The notes beneath the pieces were generated by a model. It was not told the DNA's origin, searched no databases, and saw only the letters and a program-made list of their open reading frames with translations. 64,000 nt of DNA from Lama guanicoe (taxonomy: Eukaryota): assembly GCA_013239625.1 (NCBI GenBank), contig MU053513.1:578370-642369 (forward strand), given 5' to 3'. The translations under genes were made by a program, and so were the position numbers. This document shows positions 12,811-25,615 of the stretch, in pieces; the stretch's first letter is position 1, and the number at the start of each line of letters is the position of its first letter.

Positions 12811-15800
12811 CGTGTGTATTATTTGTAGCCTAGTTTACCTACATTTCAGTCTCAAAAATAATGAGAATAGTATATATGTAAGAATTTTCCCTCAGCTGAG
12901 AAATAGTTGGGTAATTGATCAGAGGAAGAAAGAAAGACAAGCTCCAATCTGCAGTATGAGGAAGACGTCTCCATCGGAGTAGGTAGGTGAGGATGGAGTG
13001 AAAGAGAAGAAAGTAAAGAGAGAAGATAAGGGTCTTTGAAGTGGTACATGTGTGAACTGATCTAAGCCAGCAGTGGTGTTGGGAGCCAGGCAGAAATATA
13101 TAGGAAGACACACAACTTTATTCTCATAACAATCATGGAATTACAGCATGAATTGCTACTATTTACTATGTATTATGGGTTAGAATTCTGAATTACCAAA
13201 AGTCACCTAAATTCCAAAGCTTGTGCTTACCCCTTGTCAATATATTGTGTGAGAAATGGTTGTCAGAAGCAAGGACTCAACTCTAAAACAAAGGATAGAA
13301 CTTGACAAATAAGAATAAAAAAAGTCCATTCTCCAGATCGCTTGACATTTAGAGTTAGCACACTAAAATTTTAATCTCTCCCCCTTTTCTTGCCAGCTCC
13401 CTCACATCCTTGTTTTCTGTAAACTTACAAATAAAGCAATGAGCAAACAGACAGAGATTTCAGCTGAGCTAAACTAAAACAAGAAGGCTGAAGGCAAGAA
13501 AATAGTTCTGTAACATGTTCCAAGGAGAAATTCCAAAACAGAATGAAATATTTCCCGGTGTAAAATGCCCTCCGTGGACTGAAAAATTTCCTTGGAACCC
13601 AAGAAAACAGGTAAAATCTGCTCCTCATTAACTTGTGCGATAATGACCCAATTTTGCATTTTCTATTTCTTTGGAACTCATTTGTTTTCATTACATCAGG
13701 TGGTTGTTATTATGATGTGATAATGGGCTTCAAGCAGGGCTGTCCTCTGTGACTCAGACTCTGATGACTGAAATGAGAGTTTTGATATTTCTTATTATAC
13801 CAACTCAGTTTGCATTCCAATTGTTAATATTCTTGTCCACCAGAGCAGTGTTCTGAATTTCAAAGGCATGCAAAGGGAAGGAAAGTGAGAATTTTATTTT
13901 TATTTTCAACTCTGGATTCCTTTCATCTCAAAGTTTGTCTTTCGTGACTTTAGCGCCATGTTTTAGTTTGTCTGTGCCCCTAGTCTCATTGCTAAAATCT
14001 TTGAGAACATTTTGAAACAAGAAAAAAACACTCTCAATTTCCCTCTCTTCATTTTTCCTTTTGGGTCCATATACCATTTTTCTGGCATAAACAGAAACTA
14101 TCGTCCACAGGAACTGTCCCTAGCCATCCAGGTCATGACATTTGCATTCAAGACGTTGGTAATGAAATTCTGTAGCTCCCTACCTCTAAATATCAGTAAG
14201 TTAGACAAATTGCTCCTAAGCATTACACCTCCTCAAGGATGAGCCCCACGGCTGATGCAATAGCAATGCTTCTGTTTTTTTCATGTGTAAGAAATGAAAG
14301 TCTTAAGGCCAGAGATCAAACTCAGTTTCTTCAGAAGACTAAAGAGAGAACCATGCCACTGCTAGTCTGAGTCAGACCGGGGCCATTTTTCAGCAGCTCA
14401 CACTGAATCGAGCCTAAGATGGAGCATTTCCACACTTCCCGTTCTTCTCACAGAGCCTCGCGGATACTGAATGTGTACTTCTCTTCACTCTGTACTAACA
14501 GGAACCGCAAACACCCTATTTAACGGGATAACAAATGAACTTTTTAAATGCCTAAATCTATGTTTACACACACAAGATGAGATTGGTGTTTACCTAAGGG
14601 GACTGTCTTGACTCACTAATGTGCACTTTACAATAACCTAAGAAAACAAAGCCAACCTTCTCCCTCCCAGGAAAATGGTCCTTGTGCTGATGACGGCACT
14701 GCTAAACAGCCTTGCTTCTCCAGACACTACAGAACCACATTTGGGTGAACACATTTTCATTCTGCGTCTCCGGAAAGATTCCTTTATGTTTTCTCTGTTT
14801 GGGTAATTGTTAATGTTATTGCTGTTTATGCCATGGGACTTGCAGATAAGGCTGGTGTTTCTGACTGCCTCAGCTTTTCCGATGTCTACCACATGTGGGC
14901 TTACCTTACGTTATTTCTCTCCACCTCCCCCTACCCCAGACATTCAGCATCACAGATGGCACTTTATAGACAGCTATTTTTGTGTGAGTGTGGGTGTTTA
15001 ACTTTGCATTCAGCTGAGGACAGACGGTGTCACGAGGGCTTTGTCTTCCAAAGTGCGCTGTTACATAGCTGCCTCCCTTTAAAGTTAATTGTGTGTTTCC
15101 TTGTCACTGATTAAATAGATGTTCTGAATGTGTCTATAAGCAGTCCTCTCCCTTTTTTCCTGTTTCTTGGGGTCAGGTTGCATTTATAAAGCTTCAATAC
15201 AACAGCTGTTTTGAGATCTTTATCATATGGAAATTTAGAACGGAGCTGTTGAGAAGTCACAGAATTGAAACACACTAGGACAGAAATAAAAGAGGAAAGC
15301 CAAAAGCAAAATGCAAGCTATTTCATAAAAGATATTTGTTTTCATATGCAGAATCATTCTACCTGTGACTATATCATGGGATGGAACAGAAAAGGTGGCC
15401 ATATCAGCTCACGATATGATCATTCCTTGAAGAACTCAAACAAAGACCAAAGGAATTTTTTAAAATAACACTTAGCCTAACAATTTATCTAATCACTATT
15501 GACCAAAAGTGTTGTGAACAAAGGACAATTACAGACACCAAAGGGATTACAGGAAGGATGCTGTCCTTAGTTTGTCTACCAAGAAAAAAAGTATTTATAT
15601 CTCTTAATGGCATCTTTGAAAATTCAGCCCTTTCAACATAAAACTGAGAAAGTTAAAAGCAAAACCAGAAGACACACAAAAAGAAGAAAAGTAGGGAAAA
15701 ATGAAGAAAGAAGATATCAAAGATTATAAACAATCCGTGGCAGAATTGTTGGCAGAAGTTAGAAGTAGCAAGAAAACAACAGAAATACAATCTACAAACT

Positions 15801-16121
15801 CCACTGCCTCTGGCGTGTAAATAACACATGTGAAGGTGGAAGGTAAGGTGATTTAAGCTGTGATCCTGAAAGACTTGTTGGTAACTTAAATCCACGGAAT
15901 ATTCTTTCCTCCTGCAAATGAACAAGCTGTCTCATTTTTTGTGTGTCTGGTCTGCTTGTTCTTTTCCCACGTTTGATAGAGAGATGGGCAAAAGGAGTAT
16001 TTCAGTTTTCTCAAAGCTGTGCAATAATAGCGCAAGGGTGCCGATAAGGAGCAAGGCATTAAGGCTCAGTGTCAGAAAAACAAAAGGTGCAACTGCTAAC
16101 TCAATGTTTTACAAATTAGAG

Positions 16122-16220
16122 TAGATTCATCAAGAGCAGGAACATTTATTATCCATCTTCAACACTTAAGCCAGTGCTTGACCCATAGAAGACATTTACC
16201 AAAAAGGTATTGAATTAATG
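16122..16220 (+). mobile_element. L2 3' end fragment
   Basis: 'gagcaggaac...cagtgcttgacccatagaagacattt...ttgaattaatg'. Confidence 0.55.
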
Positions 16221-17299
16221 TTTACAAATAGAAAGAAGAACTGGTGACAGAATGAGACTAAAGGAGCTCCACAAAGAGCAAGAGGTGGGGAGAAAAACGT
16301 GAATCACGTCCCTCCCCGCGTTTGAAAGCCACCTCCATTCATCTCAAAGGGCATGTGTCCTTGAGTTTGTGTGTATTTATGCGTGTGTGTAAACATTCAT
16401 CTCCATCTCAAAAAGCCTCCCATCCTGCAGCCACGTGGCCATGAAGAAATGCTTATCAGGACAATTTAGCTGTGTGGTGGTGGGTAGGACCCAAAAGGCA
16501 ACAGCTGGGTGAGAGATGATGACAAACTCATGTCATCTGTCCCCATGCCCATGTGAAAGTTTTGATATGATGACATGTATCCCCATAATGTGTCACCAAG
16601 AAAGTCTAAATTATGTTTCCTGGATTAAAGTTAAATGAACACAGAAATGCAGAATGAATTTTTCAATGATCTTCAGTCTGAACTGTAAAGGCTCCAAGTA
16701 GAGGAAAAATAATTTCACTACTCCTGAAAAATTTTACGTAAACTCTTTCATATCTCAATGGCCCAGGTCAACAGAGGTTGCCAACACTGTGCCCCGACAG
16801 ATAATAGCTCACAGCAAGGCTTGAGGGATGCTGGCACCTTGTTTGAGAGAAGCATTAAGCTCGAGTCCCTAACACAACTACATTTAGCATTTTACCTTTG
16901 AAAATTTTCATTGTATGTAAAACTGAGAGCCTGTCCTATGTCTTCTGAATAGATAGGAAGTAATGTGCAAAAGTGTCATTAAACTGGCTTTGCAGGGTCA
17001 AGTGAAGTAGGAAACAAGGTACCTATCATCTACACAAGTCAGTTAAAGGACTTTTACTTGTTTCTCTGCAGGTTTTGAGGAAGCATTACACACATGAAAG
17101 TCCACCTCCACGTTCCACTTTTCTTAGCTAGTCAAGAACCCAACTTTATATTCTCTAGTTTTGCTGACTTGTTTGAATTACCAGGAGCATTATCATCAAA
17201 TCACTTACCTATACATTTTTAATCATTTCATATGATATATATGAATTATTCAGAGTTTTTAAAAAAACTCTTCTTTTATTGACTAACTGGCTAGCTGAT

Positions 17300-17408
17300 C
17301 AATTAATTACTTCAACAACAGTTTATTAAATAGTGAGCATGGAGCAGGCATTGGGTGGCTGTTGGCAACACAGAGACATTGGTCTCTGCTTCCTGGATCT
17401 ACAGATAG
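17300..17408 (-). mobile_element. L2 3' end fragment
   Basis: 'ttcaacaacagtttattaaat...caggcattg...ggtctctgcttcctgga'. Confidence 0.5.
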
Positions 17409-18211
17409 CCTTACGCTTGGTCACATTAAGGTTCGTAACCTATGGATTTTTATTCATCTGAATTACTTTTTCCCTAAAGCTCTATTCTTTGCATCTCCTT
17501 GTTCATATCAAGGCTGTGCATGATCAAGTTATTTTTCTTTCTGGTGCTGGGAAAACCATATAGTCCCAAGGGGAAAGATTTTTGTTTTTCAGCTTCATTG
17601 TTCTAGAGAATTTTCTGGATAACACATCACTTCTGTGCCGAGGAACTCTGTTATCTATGCTTCATTGATACTTTCTGTAGGATAATTACCCCCAAACTCA
17701 ACAAGAAATAAACTATAATTTTTTTATGTGGCACAAAGTGAAATGTGCATGGAAATCCATAGCATCATTCTGACCAATTAATAGCTGACCAAAGGTATAT
17801 GTTTATGAAGCTTACAAGAACACAGAACAAAATAATGGTGCCATGACCAACTTCCAATTACTTCTCCAATGATTTTCCAACTGCTACTAGGTAAGGGGAG
17901 AAGGTTGCTGCTTCTGCTGTAAAGTAATTACCCTCAGTATTGATTTCTGGATCTAAATGGGATTTGTGAGGCAGAAAACGAAAAGGAAAAGAGAATAACA
18001 GAATAAAAAGCATGAAGCCTCTCTTCCAACAACTACCTTTCTTGGGCAAAGAGTGATCTTACCTACCAATGGGGATGCTGGCTCTCTCAAAAGTAATAAT
18101 GTGCTTGAGAGGAAGGAGAGGAAAATGGAGTGGCAGTTCATAAGCAGGGATACTAATTGCAAATTCATATTTTCACCTATTTGGGCCATTTATTAAGATT
18201 ACTTTCTACTC

Positions 18212-18539
18212 TGGGCATCAAGATGGCGGAATAGAAGGACGCGGAGCTCACCCTTTCCCACAAATACATCAAAAATACATCTACATATGTACTAATTCTC
18301 ACAGAATACCTACTGAGCTTTGGCAGAAGGTCTTGTACAATTGGAACTACAAGGAAAATCTTCACAAAACCAGATAAATAACAAGGTCCTACTGTATAGC
18401 ACAGGGAACTATATTCAATACCTTGTAATAGCCTACAATAAAAAAACATGAAAAAACATATAGAGATATGAATCATTATTCTATACACCACAAATTAGCA
18501 TAACATTATAACTTAACTATACTTCAATTTAAAAAAAAA
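18212..18539 (+). mobile_element. Bipartite mini-L1: L1 5'UTR start fused to the L1 3' terminus, with A tail and TSD
   Basis: The 5' part 'aagatggcggaatagaaggacgcggagctcacc...cacaaatacatcaaaaatacatctaca' is an L1 5'UTR start. From 18374 the sequence matches other L1 3' ends in this window. Flanks are 'aagattactttc' (18195-18206) and 'aagattaatttc' (18538-18549). Confidence 0.8.
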
Positions 18540-19969
18540 GATTAATTTCCAGATTCACACTCCTCCAAGTACTACATGAGAGTTGGATTTTAATCCTGAT
18601 TTTGCCACAAACTAGGTTATATCAACAGGTGGATTTTGTTTGTTTGTTTAATTTATTCAGGACTTAGTTTAATAAACAGTGAAGCTACATGATCTCTAAA
18701 ATGCTTGTCGGATCTTTGAACTTTAAACTTATTGCTAATTTATTTACCAGTTCAGGAAAACAAAATGTATTAGTTTATCATCTTTCTGTCCCAGCCAGTT
18801 CACTTTATCTGACTTTAAGGGGGAACTGACTGGGAGAGGCATGCTGAATTTTTTAAAAAACCTTGGACCAGTTTCCTGCCATAAAATGCACAGATATGAA
18901 CGTGAACCTGTGACTAATTGTTTCCAGACACTAACACATTCTAAAGAGTGTGTTATACACACTAGTGAGATAGTTTGAATTCCACAGTTATCACATTTTT
19001 CTTCTGTCTTCCAAAGGGTTAGCCAAGCATTGACATCTTTTCATAGTAAAAACATTTAATTGCCTTACTACCAGAAATACATTTGCTTTATTTTTGGATA
19101 TTTCTCTCAAAGGTGGGAATTATTTTTCTATAATACATTTGGCATATGGCAATTTTAACATGCATGAGATCAACTTCTTTCCTCAGATACCTTGCACAGT
19201 GCTCAAATTCTTGCAAGTCTCCCTCATGGTTGAAATCCCAATTAATAAACAGTTTAGCAGTCAATCCTCAAAACTCTCCCATGATGGAGCCCACCTCAAG
19301 GACTCGCAGTAGACAGTGTCCTGAATAACTAAACTCATCACAGGAATTGCAACACATAAATGAGCTCTCCATAAATTTTAAAAATTATCTAGCCCTCACA
19401 GATGTTTACTCTGCTTATTATCTGTAAACTCTTTGGATCAAATGTTCAATATGAATATGTTACGATCCACGAAAGATTGGTTTTTGGCAGGGTATATGTT
19501 GATATCAGCAGGAAATAAATAGGAAAACATTAAAAGGTGTGAAACTTTAAAACAATAGCTTAAAGGTGTTTTATAAACTACAGATGGCTTACAAAAACGT
19601 AAGCGAATATTTGCTGTGGGATAAGAAGCAGTTGGGACCGAGAAAAAAGGAAATCATTTGAAATTAATGCCCCCTCCTGCAATATGTTGTAATTAAAGCA
19701 GAGATAAACAGAGTGGAAACTGCGTCTTGTTATCGCTCTTTATATTATAGGAGAGAGGAAGTATGTGAAGATACATGAGCACAAGATTTTTTTAAAAAAT
19801 GGAAAAACGTTCAAAGGTGTAGTCTTAGGCTTCAGAATCCTAAAATGGGAACTCTTTATTAATGTAATTCCAGACACACTGGTCCCCCGACACCCAGATG
19901 TACTCAACTGCTACACAGGGACACAGGCCAGCATTAACTATTACTTCTATAGTTACCACCACTGGTTAT

Positions 19970-20110
19970 AAGAGAGAAAGAGGGAGAGAGAGAGAGGGAG
20001 AGAGAGAGGAAGGAGGGAAGGAGGGAAGGAAGGGACGAAGGGAGGAAGGAAGGAGGAAGGCAGACGAAGAAGAAGAGAAAAAAGAAAAGGAAAAAGAATA
20101 AAAGCAAAGC
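19970..20110. repeat. Purine-rich (GA/GGAA/GAA) tract next to the CpG island
   Basis: About 140 bp that is almost entirely A/G on the plus strand. Confidence 0.9.
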
Positions 20111-20139
20111 TTAGTTTCAAGGCAGATGGAAGCTGAGGG

Positions 20140-20530
20140 TCAGACGAGTCGGGTCGGCTGGCTGCAACAACTTTTCTCCTCCAGAAAAGCTTCCGGACTC
20201 CAGCGGAGCGCCCCGCGTCCCCCCACCCCCGCTGAGCGGGAGGGTCAGACTGGAGCACCGCTCTCCCCCGCGGCCTGCGGCCTCGTTAGTGCTCGGCAGC
20301 CCAGCAGCGCCCACCCGGGAGGGCCCTGTCCGGGGACAGAAGGGAGACGGCAGCAGGGGGTGGACAGAGGAGGAGCGGGCCGTCACCGATGCTCTCCGCT
20401 GTCACAGTTGACCTGCGCGCCGGCGCGGGGCTGGAAGGCACCCTTGCCTCCGGGGTTGTCTCCGCAACATGACGATAAACCACGCTCCCTGACGTCCCCC
20501 TGCAATTTTTTCGAGTAAAGGCGCCTGGAC
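20140..20530. promoter_or_regulatory. CpG island, probably the main promoter (minus-strand orientation inferred)
   Basis: Dense CpG and high GC in an otherwise CpG-depleted window. Candidate minus-strand donors lie downstream: 'GTG|gtaact' (19957/19956) and 'TTT|gtaagc' (19593/19592). Confidence 0.75.
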
Positions 20531-21599
20531 TCTAGCAAAATTCTGATGAGTTCTATGTGATATTCCTACATTCTTGACTGATTAAAAAAAAATAGTTCTC
20601 TTTTTATCTCTACAATGAGCTAGTGCATTATGTGTGACCTTATAGTTTCTCTGACTAAAGAGCTGTTCGTGTTACTACATAAAGGAATGGGCTGTAAGAC
20701 ATTACACTAGATATATACTCTGGGGGCTAGAGTAGGTATTGGGAGAGCCTGTCTAATGACACAGAAGCTGATGGAACTATTACGAAACAACAGGTTTTAC
20801 AAATTATCACAAAATCCAGTTAATGCAATGTATGCAGGCATTAAATTTCATTTTTGCATCAAAAAATAAAGTGAATATCATAGAAAAAAAAACATGTATT
20901 TCCTCCCAAGCATCTTCAATAGTTACTTGCACATCGGAATCATGACATATGCCACCCCCGCAACTTTATGTGACTTCCGTACTCTTGTTACGTAATGGAA
21001 CTGTGTTCCTCAAAACACTCAAGATTAAGTCCATGTGGCTTTGAATATTTCCCTAATCCACCTCACCATTAAAAAATGGTTCCTCGCCATGTCCTTGTAA
21101 AGCCCTGGGAATCAGGGGGCAAGCATGAAACTCAGGGAAAGGAGAACACGGAACAGGATGGGCAGCGAAGCGCCGAGCCTAGTAGGAGAGAAGCGATAGG
21201 ACGGCTTTCCTCCTGCTTGTGTTAGCAGGAAAGCCCCGATGGCCAAGGTAGAGGTGACTTGTACCCGGGCCAAGGAGCAGTTAGGACGTTTTCAGAAGCC
21301 CGAAAGAAGAAGGCAAAGAATGAAGAGGAGGAGGCTGAGAAAAGCAGACACAGGTACAGATAAAGTTCCTGAAGACAGAGACAGTCAACTCATTTTGTTG
21401 CTTGGGGATCGAAAAGAAGTTCCCTCAAATCAAATCAAGCCATGCGATGGATGTGGGATTTCAATTTTTACAGGTTGATTAGATTCTATTTTCACTGAAC
21501 CCTGTGGACTTTCTGAGAGGACTTGAAACTCCTTTCAGTGCTTTGCAAAATTTCCCTACATGTAAATTGTCTGCAAAGGAATCGCTCTGCCGCTTAGCC

Positions 21600-21812
21600 A
21601 CCACGCGGTAGCATGGAGAGGACAGATGCCACGCGGGATCCGGGGCCAGGGTTTGAAGCCCACGTGTGATGCTGTAGCTCCTGGAATGTCTGAGTGAGAG
21701 GAAACGCCCCATCAGCAGTCACGTGCTGTTCAGCCCCTACTCTTCCAAGACTTGATTTCATACGGGTAAATACTCCTCCCTAAATGTTTTTACTCCCTTA
21801 ACCCCACGTGCA
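21600..21812. promoter_or_regulatory. E-box cluster (3x CACGTG, 2x CACGCG)
   Basis: CACGTG at 21661, 21720 and 21805; CACGCG at ~21602 and ~21630. Function is inferred. Confidence 0.45.
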
Positions 21813-24022
21813 CAAACGCAAAGAAGAGTGGTTCTGGCCCAGTGAGTCCGTGGCAGAGCTAAGGTGTCAAGAGGGGCAGAAGTTCAACAAAGAGAAACGC
21901 AAACCACGGCTGCAACTGAGCTCCCAGGTGAGGACGCATCGCTGCTGAGAACCCGAGCACCCGTGGCAGGTGTGTGATATACCCCACGCCCCGGGTCTCT
22001 CCTGTCAAAGGGACTAATAAATAAACAGATGCATTGAAGGTCCCCACCTTTCCCGGTTGCACGCTTCCCAGACAGAGCTGTGTGGTGTTGATTAAAATTG
22101 CCCTATTGCTACGCGCTCGGTATTGCTATGTGATCAGGGAAGCATGTGAGTATAATCCAACAGGGGGAAATCAATTTCTCCCAAGCTCTACTCCATTTAA
22201 ACCGTGTAAATGCAAGTGGGGAAAAAAACCAGGCATTGGCAGACTCAGGATGCCAAGCTAGCAAGCCTGTTGAGGGAGGAAGTTTTGTGTGCTGTGCTGT
22301 GAATTACTACAGCAAGACTCAGGTGGATACGCGGGAAGTGAGAAGTCTGTGCTCTTGGGTTTTCATGTCCAAAATGACTTCGTTGCGGTCTTTTCAATTT
22401 AATCCTAGAAATAAACAACTGCTGAGAGCCAGGGGTGACAACGTGGGACAGGCGAGATGGCTTCCGGAGGCCATTTCTGAGGAGGCTGGGTCCCTAAGCC
22501 CTTCAGGATTAAAAGAGGAGGCTAAGGGTTTTAATTGGATTTTAAATTCTATCAGCAGTCAGGAAGGGGTTGGGGTGCACCGCGGCCTGCTCCACAAACA
22601 CAACAGGCAGCTATGTTTCAAAGCTGACCTTTATCAGATGGCAGTCTGTTTATTTCCGTCTGTCACAGAGAAGGAAGAAGAAAACCCTGCCAGGCCGTGC
22701 AATTGTCATTATAAAAATAAAACAGGACAAAAACAAAAACTAGAGATACTCTGCCTACTTGGCTAAACTCCTTAATGAGGGGATTGGGGGAAAACTCAGG
22801 AGGGGTTCAGGAAAGAATGACTGCTCAGCGGTGGAGGAACTGAGGCCGAAAGCTCCTTGCTCAGGAGCCGATGGGAGGAAAATTGAGCTCAGATGAAACA
22901 AAAAGTAGAGAAACTTGAAATAGGTGGCAAGAAGGCTTTAATTATTTGATAAAATTCAGGGCAGAACTCTGGCAGTGGTCTACTTAATTCTCCCTCTGCC
23001 CTCCTTCCCTCATCAGGGCATTTTCTGGGTATCAAAACCCCCAGCACCTTCAGAGACTTGGCTCCAAGGTGAAGGAGGAAATGCTAGACTGTACTTTTAT
23101 ATAATAAAGTTCAGCTATATCTCAAACTCTATTTCCTTTTTAATTACAATTTTCTTACCTGAGCCTCAAGTGATTCTAATGTTACCATTAACCCTGGAGG
23201 CCCGAGTTATTTTATGCTCAGTGACAAGGATGAGAACTGCAGTTTCTTGGTGGGCAATTTCTCCCCCCACCGTGAACCTGAACTTGGAGAGCATCAGCCC
23301 AAAGCTCCTAGTCACTCATGCCCTACAGAGAGACAAGTGCCCCAGGGAAAGCTTAGGAATTGGAAATAAACTGAAGATTATATTGCTTCTGAAATATTTG
23401 GGCACTGTGGAATTAGAGAACAGACAGCGGAATTTTAAAATGAGGGATATTCTAAAACCGGGCTTTTGGTAAGAGATGCTCTAGTGCCTGTTTTGAATTT
23501 TGAGCTGTCATTTTGATCCAAATTTTATCTGAAAAGTGTTATTAATGGAGAGTTATTTTTAAAGATGGGGACTAATCTATTGAGAGGAACTTACTTTTTT
23601 TTAAAGGATTATTTATAAACCTTAACGAATATTGGCTGACAGTTGTCTCTAATTTCATTGATGGTAGCAAGGGTGGAAAGTACACGACACGAACACTTCC
23701 ATGCCAAACCTTCCTCCATGGCACGTATTCCAGTCTATCACAGCACCATCTCGATTTGTGCCAGGCACTGCTAGCTGGATCATTACATGGATTTTCCCTT
23801 CTTTCTGGGCACAAACTAGACTTTGCCTCCCAAACTCCCCACAGTTAGGAACGATCATGTGACAGTTCTAATCTAAGTAGAAAGAATGTATGGTATGTTT
23901 AGAATGAACCTCTTAATGTATTTGTTCCTGCTGGTTGGAATGGAAATATTCCCAAAGTGGCCAAACTTATTATAAAAAGTGTTACTGGAAGGATAGAGTC
24001 TCCAGAACAAAAAATCAGTCAG

Positions 24023-24037
24023 ACAGCAGATGGCGCT
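24023..24037 (+). promoter_or_regulatory. Candidate CTCF site
   Basis: 'acagcagatggcgct' matches the CTCF core CCASYAGRKGGCRS at all but the first position and retains its CpG. Confidence 0.45.
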
Positions 24038-24084
24038 AAAACTGATCTCTGAGACTGGAAAAACCACAGATCTGAGTTGGACAG

Positions 24085-24845
24085 TCCTACACTGAGGGTG
24101 GGAACGTAGTTTGGTGCAGCCATTATGGAAAACAGTATGGAAATTCCTTAAAAAACTGAAAATAAACTTACTATGATTCAACAATCCCACTCCTGGGCAT
24201 ATACCCAGAGAAAACTAATTTGAAAAGATACATGTGCCCCAATGTTCATAACAGCCCTATTGACAACAGCCAAGACATGGAAGCAACCTGAACGTCCATC
24301 GACAGATGACTGGATAAAGAAGTTGTGTGTGTGTGTGTATACACACACAATGGAATACTACTCAGCCATAAAAAGAATAAAACAATGCCATTTGTAGCAA
24401 CATAGATGGACCTGGAGACTGTCATACTAAGTGAAGTGGGCCAGAAAGAAAAAGAAAAATACCATATGATATCCCTTATATGTGGAATCTAAAAAAAAAA
24501 AAAAAGACACAAATGAACTTGAACTTGTTTACAAAACAGAGACAGACTCACAGACACAGAAAACAAACACGGTTATCAGCAGGGAAACGAGGTGGGGAGG
24601 GATAAATTGGGAGTTCAGGATTTGTAGATACTAACTTTTCTGTATAAAATAGATAAACAACAAGGCCCACTGTATAGCACAGGGAAGGATATTCAATACC
24701 TTATAATGGCCTATAATAAAAAAGAATTTGAAAAGGAATATATATATGTGTTTGTGTGTGTGTGTGTGTGTGTATGATTCAGTATGCTTTATACCAGAAA
24801 TTAGTACAACACTGTAAATCAGCTATGCTTCAGTTAAAAAAAAAA
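24085..24845 (+). mobile_element. 5'-truncated L1 (end of ORF2, 3'UTR and A tail)
   Basis: 'ggtgcagccattatggaaaacagtatgga...atcccactcctgggcatatacccagag...caatggaatactactcagccataaaaag...' ending in an A run. Confidence 0.95.
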
Positions 24846-25249
24846 TCTGGTAGAATTGCTGTCTCTGATAACTTGAAAGCAGACCTTACCTGTTGAGCCG
24901 GTTTGCTGAGGAGAAGTATGGGAAAGAGCCACTCTTGCCAAGTTGTCACAAGGTATTTAAGAACGAATGAAGATGAAAATGGAGGGTCAGAGATCAAGAG
25001 TCTTACAGATACACAACTGCTTCTGGATCCCATGCAGTAAGTCACAAGCCTGAAAAACATCTTCAGGGACAAAACCTAATACTACTTCTCAGTTAAAGTG
25101 ACTCAGGTTTCCCTGAAAGATCATATGAAGGCTGTTACCCGCCCACCAAGTCCAGCATTTCAGGCAGCCTCTTTGAGAGACAGAGAAAGAGGCTGAGTTA
25201 CCATGAAGTCTCAACAGCGTCTCAGTCAACCTCCGGGGAAATTCTAAGT

Positions 25250-25615
25250 TGGGATGAATCTTCATTATCTCCACTTCACTAATTTCTCTTTTACTGCATC
25301 ACAGAGCTTATTTTTCGCAGATTCCCTAAAACCCCATCTCTAGCTCCTTATGCTCTATTAAAATCTTCTCTCATTACAACGGACAAAAGTGTTCTTTCTT
25401 CTGAAATCCAAAACCACATATTGTCTGCAATAGACTTGGCACGTGTATTTGATTTCGTATATGTTTAAACTTGCAAGCATTGTGCCTTATCTCCTTCTCT
25501 CTGTGTAAATGTCTTTAAATCAGTGCTTGTACCTTATCTGTCTTTTAGAATCTTGAAAGCTTCAAGCAATGCCGTTTGACTATAGCTTAATATAGTTTTG
25601 ACGCATTAATAAATT
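25250..25615 (+). mobile_element. Degenerate L2 fragment
   Basis: Weak L2 3'-end-like motifs toward 25490-25610. Confidence 0.35.

Noticed and set aside
19898..20518. Overlapping ORFs across the CpG island and purine tract
   Set aside because: These are low-complexity or GC-driven open frames with no recognisable protein.
22146..22766. Longest ORF in the track (206 aa)
   Set aside because: It starts at GTG, has no recognisable domain or exon structure, and its length is attainable by chance in the GC-richer island shore.
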